Source: Haplodiscus bocki
Lineage: Eukaryota
Direction of reading: 5' to 3'
NCBI GenBank assembly: GCA_965655095.1
Contig: OZ296649.1
Coordinates: 21,700,001-21,764,000 of the forward strand
DNA length: 64,000 nucleotides
Position numbers and translations under genes: made by a program. Position 1 is the first letter of the stretch. Every line of letters starts with the position of its first letter. Shown here in pieces: positions 26,440 through 38,910 of the stretch. The notes below the pieces were generated by a model that saw only the letters and a list, made by a program, of their open reading frames with translations, did not search any database and was not told the DNA's origin.

Positions 26440-27155
26440 AATAAAAATAACTTAGAAAGTGATAATTTCCATGCTAAAGTGAAACGTGTATGTGAAAACT
26501 GTTTTATAATTCAAAAAAATGTCAGTTTTGTGAAAATTTCCACTGCAGGATTTGGTTGGCAAAACATAAATGTCAGAAGAACAAGAATCTTAATGTTGGA
26601 ATTTTGATTTTTGATCCTCTTTTTTAAGGTAAAACATATCTTATATCGGAAAAACTGAAAAGTCATGTTGATGGAAATGTTTTTTTATATAACCAGATCT
26701 CCTGAAAAAAGTACTTATGATTATATTACAGATGAAAAAATAGAGAACTCGGTGAAAATTAAGGTGGTATTGTGGTTCTTGTGCTTATAAGATAATCTAA
26801 CCAAAAACCATAGATTCCTTCTTCACAAGAGGAAGTCACAAAGATCTGGAATTTTGTTTTTTGTCTCAGTCACTTTTGATCCACCAAAAAAAACAATAAG
26901 GAGCAACACTAATATAAATATTCTGATCGAAACAAAATTAAAGGTTGTTGAACACATAAATAGGGACATTCCAGGGTTTGATATGAGTTATTTTGAATTC
27001 AAGGAACTTTGTAGAGAAGCATGGAAATATGAGGAAGATATTTATCTCTATATGGATAGATCTGAAAAGAAAAGTGCAGGTAAGTTTTGTATTTGTAATG
27101 AAAGCAAACCAAACATGTTTATAGAGTGCATTCCAGAAACAATTCGTTTTTATAT
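26440..27155 (+). pseudogene. A32/FtsK-like packaging ATPase retaining its 5' region (unit 3)
   Basis: ILIFDPLF*GKT (26601-26636), FFTRGSH, FDPPKKTIRSNTNINIL, RDIPGFDMSYFEFKELCREAW. Confidence 0.82.
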
Positions 27156-27685
27156 TATGTCTAATAAATACGATCAATTATTCAGTTTTACCTAAACTAA
27201 ATAAGAAAAACGGATTGTAAATGTGTTATATTTTATAATATAATAGATAATGTCACATAGAAAAATGGAAGTAGATAATTTTGTGATCTACGCACATTTT
27301 TTTGGAGCTGACCAGTAGAAATTTAACAGTTCTCCAGAGAGGACCCCTCAATCCAAACGTTCACTAAATCAACATTTTACACTTTTCACCAAGAAAGTGA
27401 CTGGTAAATGATTTAGAGGTTATCAGAAGAAGTTAAAAACTAGAAGAATTACTACTTGTAAATGAAAACAACACTAATACACTAATTGCTCGAACAAACA
27501 CAAAAACACAAGAGATCTTAGAGTTCAACTTAACAAAATCAAAGATTACTTTCAATTTACACCCTTCATTGCAAGCGGAAGCAAGAAAAACGATAGCTGT
27601 AACTAATTTAGAATTATTGAACTGCGGTTTCCAACATAACTGAACATAAGTTTGATTTTACAATCTATAGACCAGGATATATAAT

Positions 27686-28925
27686 ATGTCTAACAAATGG
27701 CACCGTTTATTCACTCAAAAATAAAGATGATTCAGGAGATTTTGAAAAAGTGACCGAGTTAAAATCAGAAGCAGGGCAAGTGCGTTTACAAAAAAAATTT
27801 AAAAAATGCTTCTATTATGATACAAAAGAACTTTTTGAACCAATTACAAACCCAGTCAGCAAAACAAGTGGGAAATTTATTAAAGAATCTGAAACTATAT
27901 TTGCAGCAAATGCGAATGACGTTAAAAGTTTCCCTGGATTTAGTGTTGCTTCAACTAACACGAAAAACATACAGTATTTCAAAAAAAAAGCTATGAAAAA
28001 AGTATAGAACAAGAAAAATAGAACCAAAAAAAATTGTGTTATCTAATAACATAAAAAGTGAAATTAAAAGTCAATTTTTGTTAAATTTAGATCATAAAGA
28101 CAAAGATATAAAAAGTAATTGACATCATTTTCTTCTTAAGAAGAAACATCCAGTTAAAATCGAGTGGCATAAACTATGTTTGACATGATGCAAATGGTAA
28201 AGTTAATAATTCCTATAATTCCGAATATGATTTTCAACAAATGTTAACTAATCCAAAAATAAATCCTAAAAAATCCACAAATGCTGATATTTGCATGAGT
28301 TTCAAAAGACAAATGACTTTCAAAAAAAATCGAAGTGGACCAATTATTAGAAATACTACTGTTAGTTTTAATTTTTTTAGGGGAAAAATCACCAGAAGCT
28401 AATTTTCGACGTAGCTGAAAAGCAGTTGATGATGGTGATGATGCTGGAGACGAAAATTAAAGAGAAATAGAAAAATTGACTCCTACTCATTCCAAAAAAA
28501 ACAATTATAAGAAAAATAACATCAGCTANNNNNNNNNNNNNNNNNNNNNNNNNNNNNNNNNNNNNNNNNNNNNNNNNNNNNNNNNNNNNNNNNNNNNNNN
28601 NNNNNNNNNNNNNNNNNNNNNNNNNNNNNNNNNNNNNNNNNNNNNNNNNNNNNNNNNNNNNNNNNNNNNNNNNNNNNNNNNNNNNNNNNNNNNNNNNNNN
28701 NNNNNAATATTTTGCTGTTGTAATCCAACTACCTAATGAATATGCTTCTCGTCTTGTTACTTTTCTTCTTGAAAACCCAAAAGAAGAATGTGATAGATCA
28801 AGTTCAATTTTTCAAAAAAGCTAGGTGGGAAAGATACGAATCGATTTGATGATGAAAATTTTGCTCTAAACAAAAAAAATTAGAATACAAATGTATTACT
28901 CACACTCAACATAAAAATGTTTTTA
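27686..28925 (+). pseudogene. Conserved accessory gene(s) between ATPase and major capsid, interrupted by the gap
   Basis: QVRLQKKF..YYDTKELFEPIT; after the gap FLLENPKEECDR..LEYKCITHTQH, homologous to 49008-49180. Confidence 0.5.
28529..28705. other. Assembly gap (N run)
   Basis: 177 consecutive n. Confidence 1.
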
Positions 28926-28946
28926 ATTAAATCGAATCCATTATAA

Positions 28947-30250
28947 ATGTTCAACCTGGCAAAGGATAACACTGTTGATAGAACCATTCTTGAATAAGAT
29001 AAGACTCGATATACTCCTCAATCATTAACTATTGTAAGTGGTGAAAATAAACAGAAAAATATTGATATTCCTTGAGAAGATAGTGTTTTTTCGTTGAGAC
29101 ACAACTAACTTGAATTAGAAGTTGATGTTAGACATAAAGTTGGTGTCTTTCTACATATAGATGATGAACGTATAAGATTAGTCATTTTAGGTCCAATGGC
29201 TTTATATAAAAAATATAGGTTAACCTAAAGCTCTGGAAACAAATTTCAAATTATTGGAAACGATTACATTGTATGTTTGATGTACAAAACAACTAAAAGT
29301 AACGAAGACAGTGACGATATATCAATTGGATTTCATCGAGGTATTCAAACCCGTGAACAAAAGTTAACTGATATTGAGAGAATTAAAGGAATATATCAAA
29401 TCAAACGTTCTTTAAAAGATGTTTTTGGCTTTCGTGAGCATCAAAAAAATGCTACATATGAAATGGGATACAAATTAACATTACGAAAAAAAATTGATAA
29501 TAAAGTTTGAAGCCATCGATTTGTAATTGTAGGTACTGTTGCTGATCGAGTTGCTGTTATTCGGGCAAAAGAATGTATAATTCATATAAGTGAATTTAGT
29601 TGGTATGTCCCACATTTTACATCAATTGATTTTCAACAAAGATTTAAATTAGAGCAAATTTAATCTAAATCAGCAACAGAGTTGGCATATTTTAAAAGAT
29701 CCGTTAACAATAATGATTTATCAATTGAAAATATTTGAACTTTCTAAATAGGGGTAGAAGAAATTGTCGATGTTCCGAATTAGGGTTTTTTGAGTTTTAT
29801 GGAAAGAGAACAGTTTCATCAACAAATACAAAGTGAAGATAAATTTTATCAAAAAAGTGTCACAAATGCTCACTGTATTATAATTACAGAAAAACTTCCA
29901 GATGGAAAATAAATTGTGATGATGAACATGATAAATTTTCTCAAGCTTATGGTGAAACTGTCTCGTGTATTAGACTTTTGACTAAAGATAACACTCTTCA
30001 ATCATATTTTACACAAAAACAATTTACTACTTTTAATGATTATCTAGAAGATAATACACCTGAGTATAATTCGAATGATTCGGTTATACGTTATTATCAA
30101 GACTTTGCTACTCTTCAACCTAGACAAGCGAAAGTTGGATTTTCACCCACTGTTGATGCTGTAGTAGTGTTAACTGAATACGCTGTTCTATTGACTGAAC
30201 ATGTAATATCAATCAGAAGTGATGTAAAATAAAATTTCGACATAATATAA
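28947..30250 (+). pseudogene. Major capsid protein (double jelly-roll type), full length with several stops and one frameshift
   Basis: ~430 codons: MFNL..IDIP*EDSVFSL, RLVILGPMALY, LKDVFGFREHQ..TYEMGYKLTL, SWYVPHFT, VTNAHCII.TEK.PD, SQAYGE, YAVLLTEHVISIRSD. Size and position fit a Polinton MCP; the fold is inferred. Confidence 0.78.
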
Positions 30251-30334
30251 AATTTAACACATTCAAAAAGATAAATATAATTTTATCTACAAAGATAAAT
30301 CTAAAAATCTAATAAAGAAATATAAAAGTTTATA

Positions 30335-33300
30335 TAAAATGGCATTGATTCCGCCCTGTGCATGTGTTTTCTTCTGTTATCAATTGAGTTTGTTGCTAGT
30401 TTGTAAGCTTTTCTGAAAAACTTTCCATGATTTCCACTTCTAGGAAGATAAATATTTATACAATTCTCACATTCTACTTGTTGCATTAAGCAGGTATAAT
30501 ATTTGTTAAATATATTTTCATCTCTGGCAGCTTTTTATTTTCTTTTTAGTTTTGTTTTGGTTTCCTTGTCATTTGAACATACAAGTGAATTTGATTTTGC
30601 TTTTTGTATACATAAGTTATCAATCCAGAAAAGTTTTGTAGTTTCAGTTTTTAAGTTTTAAGTTAGCCATTAACTTTTTTTGTCACAATTTAGAAAAGTT
30701 CACGATTTTCGTTTATGTTACCATAAACAAAGTAATCTTTCATTTGACTTAGTTCTCTGATTTTCTTTTTTGTTTTGAAGCGAATAAAGAATGATTGAGT
30801 CACTATCCATATGATGTGTCACAATTCTTCATGGATGGGTCCAAAAAAAGCACTGAGTCTTATATATACGTATTTTAGAAAATTTTAGTACACAAGTTTT
30901 TAAATAAATTAGTTTTTTTAAAAACTACAGTTTGATTTTTAAAAGCACGACAATCAGAGTTACCAAGAGGTTTGAATACTCTAAATGACGATTTGTTCCA
31001 AATTTCACACTGTTTTTGGTATCATCAGTTATTACAAGGTGAATATGTATTCTCCTACGTGAATTTCCCATTGCTTTTAATAGAATAAGTCAAATATTTA
31101 TTTATAAGACGCTCAAATGAATTCGTACGTTGTTGCTTTTCTTTTTCTAATTTTCCTCGTAAAAATGGTTTAAGCCATGACTTCTGTTTAAAGTTTCTTT
31201 TTCTGTGTTTTCTTACCTCCACTCCTTCAGAATTTAGAAAAGTTTACTGCATTTATTCTATAATAATTTTTCCTTCATCTGAATGGTCACTAATCATTTT
31301 CTTTGTTGGATAATTATTTTCAAGTTTTGCACTTCTCATGTAATCACTATATTCAAACAATGGTCTTTGTTTCTTCTCTGGACAAAATGGAAAGTTCAAA
31401 GATAATTTTTTGGCTTCATCTGTATGTTTTAAATCAATTCCAATACATAGCCAATATCAGAGTCTTCTGCTGTCGATAGTATTTTTCCATGCTTACTGTA
31501 TTAATATTTATATTTGCATAAGGTAAAGATTCTGACATTCCAAATTCATAGAGAGTACTCAAAACAAGGTCAAAAAGTTTTGCATCACTTACATCAACTA
31601 CGTATTTTTTCCTATACATTCAGATAATCCACTTCTAATTGCATTCTCAAAAATCGAAAATTTATGTGGTTCTTGAATGTTTTCTAGTTCTGTTGTAACT
31701 TTAACCTTGCGTGCCAAGTATAGCCCGGTAAAGATACAACATATTATGGAATATTTTATTCTCTTTTGTACCAAGTTCCAATGAGACTTCCAAAAAAAAC
31801 CAAAATTGTAACATAAGATTCGATAAAAATTAAAATTAGATTTTTGCCTGTTTCAAGATTTCTTTTTTGCCTATTGTGCGTTTTTTCAAAATCTGTTTCT
31901 GCATCATCTGGTTTTCCGTTCTTTTAATTTCTTCGTTAATTTCTCCGTTGTGTAATTTTCTTCTTTTAATTTCGTTAATTGGTTTGCCGTAGTCTTCCCT
32001 TTCATCAGAATATTCATAAGGATTAGCTTTTTTAAGTGAAGAGATTATAGTTTTCACCGATTTCTTGTTTTGTTAATTTCAAAGCAGCTTCTTTCAATAC
32101 ACTTGTTAATTTATCTCAGCAACGATGTAAAAATCTATATCACTCTGAAAACCTCAGTTGTCCAAAGTTCTGTGAAATAAATTTTTCAAAAGTAGTAAGC
32201 AGTGGCTTAAAATTCAAATAACTAGGCGATTTGCTAAAGATTGTTTCGATAAATATATGAAACTATTTATACTAGAATAACGAAAAAGAATAGAAATTGA
32301 AGACTGAATTTTTTGAACATTTGAGTTACATCTTTCATGTGCTGCTCTTCTATTTTTTCTTGTTGAAGGACAATGATCTTTTAAATCACCATGTAAACGG
32401 AATTTCGCTCCATATAGTCAACATTTATCTTGCTCTTTAGACGTTATTTCCCACGCTTTCAACCACTTTTAGTTTTTTGTTTGTTTGGCTAAAAATGTGG
32501 ATTATTTTTACGTTCTAATTCTTGCAGTTCTATTACAAACCATATTTCACAGCCGCATCCAAGATGATGATGACAGCCAGATCGAAGGATATGCTCTAAA
32601 TTTGACTTGCTATAGTAACAACATGAGGTTGGTTTTTGATGAAAAATTTTTAAATAAATTCGCCTTTGTTTCCAGTGTTGTGTTCACATGTACATTCACG
32701 ATCGCAATAAACTCTAAAAAACAATGGATATTTTCCAAAGCACTTTTTGTATGTATATGTGTTCTCTTCAGGAATTTTCATTAGAGAACGCTTTTTTTGA
32801 GTTATTCCTTTATGTTTAAATGAAACTTTTACTGTTGTAAATGTTTTCATGCAACTTCTACTTAGAAATGGTGTTTCGTAACGGAGTTTTCCATTTGTTC
32901 AATTTTTATGTGTTTTTTGATTAAAAACTAATGATTGTGATATAAACCTAAATCAATTGTCCTTCTACAGTCTGGAGCAAAATTTTCATACTCGGTTCCG
33001 AAGTTATTCTGATGGTGATAGGAAGAATTACGTTTGCTAATGAGTTTGGTTGTTTCGGCATCATGAATGTCTTCAAGAATATCAATTTGATTGTCCTCAT
33101 TGCTTTCTTGATTTATGTTCTGGCTTTTTGACACATAAAGTTTAATTGAAGTTGTGTCTTCATTCGGTTGCAAGACGTTTTTTTGGATTGTTCATTTCTT
33201 CTAATTTTTCATTGTCATCAACTTTCAGTCCATCATTAGGATCAATTCTACCTGTTTTGGTTTCATGAAGATAATTTGTATAGATACTCACTCTAGTTGT

Positions 33301-34330
33301 GTTATCTCTTGGAGGATGTATGGAAGCAATGATAGTATAATTTCCACTCAATTTAGTTTTGTTTTTGGTTTTTGATATCGTCTGATTTCTGATTTTTACC
33401 AGTAATTTTTCATAGGAATCTCATTTTGCCAGTCTAACTTTACAGAATTGTACCTCCAACAATATACACTTAATATATCTCCCTAAAGGTCCTCTAAGTT
33501 CGATGTTTTCAACTTTTGATGCTGTTTCTGATTCTCTGTTGAGATGTGACATTTTCTTTCAGGTTTACTAAATATTTTTGCAAGATTTAAAAACATTTCT
33601 TGTTGTTTGTTAGCTTTTTTGAGTAGGGCAATAGTAAAGGCATTGTAGTTAATGTTTTTTAGTAACTTTTCATTTTAAGTTTTAGAATGTTTTTGGGAAG
33701 GTCATCAATTCTGTTTCCAATAAAAGATATTCTTTCGTATTTGTAAGGGTCGAGACTTTTGCATTTTGAAATTGAGGTTTAGTTTTTATTGGTTTTGTTT
33801 TGAATACTAGATCAGATGGTAACGCAAACTCTTTAACATCATGTTTTTCTACGACTTTGTTTTTATGAGATTTAGTATTAATAAGAATTGTATTTGATTT
33901 AGAAATCCAAATATTACAAACATATCAAATCTCCCTACTGTGAAAATTTCATTACACCTCGAATTCGTAAACTAGTGGCTTGAGCTAAGTGTGTGCCCTG
34001 ACATTTGTTGTAGTCACGGTTTTTGATTTTTTAATGTCCCACTGAAATTTCATGTTTTTCTCAAAATTTGAAGAAAGAGATTTCTGACATAAGTTACATT
34101 TCACCCTGATTTTACGTTGCTTTTCCACAGTGTTTTTCTGCTATTCAAAATATAGATGGTCGTCATATTGAATGTTAATTTATATTAATTTACAAAATTC
34201 ACAATTTGTTTTTTTTTGTCCTGTAATTGGTAAATGTTTTTCAGATGTGATATTTTTGTGATAACTTTCTTAATGTACAGGAATTCCACAAGCTCTCAAA
34301 CGTTTAGTGTTGTCAATTTATTTATTCATT
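30335..34330 (-). pseudogene. pPolB lineage 3, apparently full length, with N-terminal zinc fingers
   Basis: CEFC/CNLC fingers (34000-34330); IIASIHPPRDNTTRVSIY; IDLGLYHNH; KYPLFFRVYCD; KDHC...RAAHERCN; NPYEY; LYEFGMSESLPY; FKQKSWLKPF; HMDSDS (~30795-30815); terminal IDNRR..ESMPF. Confidence 0.88.
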
Positions 34331-34599
34331 TATAGTATAATAAGGTATGCGAAAAAAAAGAAAATATGTCTATATTTGTTTTGTACAATTCCTTATAATT
34401 GAAATGAAGTTTTTAAAAATAGGTTGATGTTGATATATGTTGCTTCACAAAAAGTTAACATACTCTATAAAAAACGTACGAAAATATTTTTATCCTGCTT
34501 CTATTTTTCTTAGAGAGTCTGTATGTGGTTTTGTTTTAGTTTTGTTATGTTGGGGCTTTTCAATAAAATTATTTTAACAAATATTACAAAATGACTCAT

Positions 34600-37500
34600 T
34601 ATGGAAATAAATTCATCAGCATGAAACTTTTTGGTTTTTATATGAGCTTTTTGTATACCTAATCGTCTCCTATTGTCGGACGAAATTACAGAAGAAGTTA
34701 TTTCAGGTTTCTTTTTCTTCTACGATGTTTTTCTTTTTTCTCGTGATCATCCAGATCAAACCCAAATTTTTTACAAATCCTTAAAAAAATATTGCTGTAA
34801 TACCTTTTATGCGTTCAAAGCAAACAGCTATGAGTATAATTCCTTCGATTGATGTCATTAGTATTACTTAGAAAATTTTTCTGAACAATTGATGATAACT
34901 TCTATTATTTTTCTCATAAATTCTTATTGCTTACCCAAACAAGTAAGAAAAGTATCTAAAACTTCATATATCAAAAACCACCAGTGGGTTACTTTACACT
35001 ATTATCTCTTTTAATTTACACAAGCTCTATTGCTGATCGATGGGGCGCAAATTTTTTCTTCCTAAAATACTTTACAAAACTCCCAAAAAACCTCATTTTC
35101 TTGGACTTCAATAAACATGTCACCTAAGCCTGCGATCCTCCCATTAAAGCCATGTTCTCCAGATTATTCATGATGGACATCATTATTTTCAACATAAACG
35201 TTACAACAACTACAAAAAGGTCTCTTCCGTTTCTCTTGAATTTTTTTCTAAAATGTTTTTTATCTTTGTTCTGTTCTTTCAAATCCCATTCAACACTATT
35301 ACAAATCTTGCAAGAAAAATTGTTGAGAATTTCATCAGAACTTTTCACTGAAAAAACTTTAAGAAATGTTGTTTCAGTTGGTATCATTCTTTTAATTAGA
35401 ACAACTTGTTTGAAGGAAACACAAATGTTCTTTTGATCATAAAAAAACCAAAACACTTTTTTAATGATGTGAACTTTACATTTATCAAAAAAAACTTGTG
35501 AAGGATGTTCATAACAAATTTTTGAGAATTTTTCCACATTTCTAATATGATTTATTGAAGAGTAATGACAACTTCCTTTGCTTATTTAATTGCTACAAAA
35601 AATCCAAAAATCAAGATTTTGTTATACCTTCAATAAGCTTTGTAAAATTGTCTGTAGATACAACGCATTCTTTCATGTTTATTGCAATGTTTTTACAAAC
35701 TTTACAACAGTTTATTTTCAAAACTCCCTTCATATTTCTTTTATAAAGCAAATTTAAAATTAGAAAATCAGTTAATTTTGGATATTGGTTTAAATAGTAT
35801 TGGATATAATCAATAAGATGCCTGAAATTAGATTCAGTTCTTGGTCTTCATTTTCAGCAAGATTATATGTTGGTGTCATTTTTTTAACTAGGAGATATTT
35901 ATTTCAATTGTTCGTTGTGTGTTGTTGTTAATTCATATACTTCATTTTATTTTTTAGAACCAAAAATTTTAAAAATATCGAAGAAACGGATTTCATGTTT
36001 CTTTCTTGATACGATTTTCAAATTGAAAATAAAAATTATTAAGTTTCTCCAAGTTGTTTTCTTTACTAAAAACTTTATACAATCATCGCACTTTATTTTA
36101 GTTAAGATCTTAAGATGAAATTCGCGGACTTTCGCTTCTGTGTTACATAATTTTTACAAATTTTATCAAATTTTGTACCTGTTTTGAGCTGAAGCTTTTG
36201 ACTTTAGATGTCTATAGAAGTTTGGATTTTCATATTCGCTGCCACAAATACAACAACATCTCGTAGTCATCTTTACTGTTTAATATTAACTCTAATTTTA
36301 GTTTTTTAATTGGAATATCATTTTCAGTTTTTTTAATGTTATCTTTTTCAAAGAAGCTCCGTTCTACTTTTCTAGACAAGAATCTAGACAGTAGCTTGCG
36401 CAAGTATCGTCTAAATGTTTTGTTATTGTAGAAACCAATTAACAGAAATTTCAAATAAAAATTATTGAAAATTCATGACATTTTTCTTTAGTAAATTAAC
36501 TCCTACAATAATCGCAAGAAGAATGATTTTTTCCCATATCATTATCAATTTTTATGAAATGGTCTTTAGATGAAATGTATTCCTTCATATTTCTTGCGCG
36601 TTTTTACAAATATTTTTGAAAAAATTCTGAAAATTCCAATAATTTTCTTTCACAAACTGTATTGAATATTTGGAAGTCAATTTGTTTTGGACAACGTAGT
36701 TTAAAACCTTATTTAACACTCAGTTTTCCTTCTTCATTTTCAATGGGAGTATAGCCTTGTGTCCTTTTTTTACTTAAGAGAAGTTTGTTTCAATGATTCT
36801 TTTTGTCTTGTTGTTAATTCATGTACTTCATTTAACACCCCAATGTAAAATTTATATAATCGAGGAAACGTAATTCATGTTTTTTTTCTTGATACGATTA
36901 TCAAAATGAAAAAAAGATGTTTTGAGTTTTTCTAAGCTGTTTTGTTATTGTATTTTAAACAATCATCACACTTTAAATTTTTAAAAATATTCAGTTGACA
37001 TTCGTGACCTTTCACTTCCGTGTTATATAATTTTCAGAAACACTACATTTTTTGTATCTGTTTTGAGCTTATGTTTTTTTGGTCCTAAGTGTCTGTAAAA
37101 ATCGGATTTTTTTTATTCTCTTTCACAAATACAACAAAATTTCGTTGTCATCTTTATTATGTTTTTTATATTAATATTTAGTTTTTCAATCCAATATCAT
37201 TTTGTGTCTTTTTATTGTTGCTTTTTCCAATGAAGCTTCGTTGTACTTTTCAGGACAAGAATCTAAATAGTAACTTGCTACAGTATCATATATATGTTCT
37301 GCTATTGTAAAAACAAAATACCTGCAAATTCAATTAATATTTTTTGAAAAGTCATGACAACTTTTTTTAGTAAACTAAATCCTACAGTAATTGCAAGAAG
37401 AATGATCTTTTCCCATATCATTATCATTATTTATCAAGCAGTCTTAAGGTGGAACTTGTTCTTTCATTTTTATTGCACTTTCTTCGATAATATTGCAATA

Positions 37501-38040
37501 TAAAATACTCAAAACTAAATTATTTTTTCCTTTAGAAACTAAAACTTATAATTGGAAATCAATTACTTTCAGTTTAAGCAGTTTAGGCTTTCTTTAACAA
37601 TCAGTTTTTCTTCTTCATTCTCATTAAGAGTATATATTGGTGTCATTGTTTTATTTCTAGAAAGTTTAGTCCAATTGATTTCTTTTGTTGGTCCTAAACT
37701 TTGCACTTCGTTAACTTTTCTGATATATTTGGGTTACAGTTATCACAGAAACGATATATAATAGTTTTTTCTTTGTTTTGGTTATCAATATGAAATTTAG
37801 CTACTTTATGTTTTTCTGAGTTGCTTTCTTTAATGTATATGTTACAATAATCACATTTCTTTTGTTAAGAAAATTTGGATGACCTTCGTGACTTTTTTCT
37901 TCTGTCTTGATTAATTTGTTTGCATTGATTACACTTTCTTTTTGTACACGTTTTACGTTGATGTTTCTTTGAATTTATATGTCTATAAAAGTTTGGCTTT
38001 TCCTATTCTCTATCACAAATAGAACAGTGTTTCATGGTCA
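34600..38040 (-). pseudogene. Multi-zinc-finger accessory gene(s) directly downstream of the integrase
   Basis: CCICGSEY..NFYRHLKSK, KCDDC, CDYC, CKIC, CSCCNVYV..HHE*SGEH motifs. Confidence 0.55.
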
Positions 38041-38200
38041 TCTTTTTTTTTACTGTAATTCATTTAGTTTTAACTCTTTTAAAGAGACTATCGTTGTGTT
38101 ATTTCGTTAATGCTGTCTTTTCTTTAAAACTTCGTTTCAAGTTTCAGAAAAAGAGTCTAGATAGTAACTTGGGAATGTGTCGTCTATTTGTTTTGTTAAT
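35870..38200 (-). repeat. ~885 bp diverged tandem repeat (integrase tail plus zinc-finger gene start), about 3 units
   Basis: Homologous blocks start near 35871, 36757 and 37638; GAATCTAGACAGTAGCTTG-like motif at ~36380, ~37259, ~38154. Confidence 0.8.
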
Positions 38201-38910
38201 GGAAAAAGATCATAGCTGCAGCTTGTAGTATCTCTTTAGTAAAAAGCTTTACGTAAAATAGACGTTCTTACTAATTTTTTCTTTTACTTCAGATTTTGGC
38301 TTTCTTTTTTTGTTTGTATCTTATGTTTTTGTTTACTTCATTTTCATTAAAATTTATTGATGCTCGACTTCGTGTCCTTTTTGTGGAACAAGGGATGTAA
38401 TTTTTGCATTTTGAGGTACTTCGGTAAATCGTGAATACAATTTGCAATTGTTTTTTGATAGACTGGTTCTTTAAGTAGATCACGTATCGTTGCTTTTTAA
38501 CGATCAACAAAATTGCTCCTTTGTTTGTATATCTACTATATTTTTCAAAATAATTGCTATTTGAGAACTGTACGAAAACCTTGTTTAGAAATTGTTTTTC
38601 CACATGAGTGTCAATTAGATTTGGTTCAAAATTAGATTGAGGAATGATATTAGGAGATTCATCAGTTATAGTTTGAGCGGCTTTCTCTGATGCAGTACAC
38701 TACCTGTATATACTAAAATTACCAATTACTACTATTATATATCTAAAACCTTTATTATTTTTTGTTCCATATTCTACCAAATCTGAAAAACCTAATCTCC
38801 AAGTGTTTTCAATGTGTTTGACCACAGTTTTGATTGTATCATAATTTTTCTTAGCAGGTTTAGAACAAATTGTTTTGATGAATTTGTCAATTAGGACTTG
38901 TTTTCACATT
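38065..38910 (-). pseudogene. Polinton-type rve integrase, full length and not split
   Basis: SKPAKKNY..GFRYIIVVIGNFS..AQTITD..PNLIDT..KYSRYTNKGA..LVRTSILRKAF.(K/G)DTTSCSYDLF..DDTFPSYYLD. Confidence 0.88.

Larger units (their letters stand above)
14865..27680 (+). repeat. Tandem array of a ~4.0 kb morphogenesis module: units start ~14865, ~18865, ~22860, plus a partial fourth ~27190-27680
   Basis: AAAAACGGATTGTAAA...GATAATGTCACA recurs near 14885, 18882, 22875 and 27206; ORFs 17563 and 21561 are identical; ORFs 20075/24069 and 20991/24985 are nearly identical. Confidence 0.97.

Noticed and set aside
14865-27680. Adaptive gene-accordion amplification of capsid genes
   Set aside because: Units share inactivating stops that predate amplification.
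28476-28736. ORFs containing poly-X
   Set aside because: Artefacts of the N gap.
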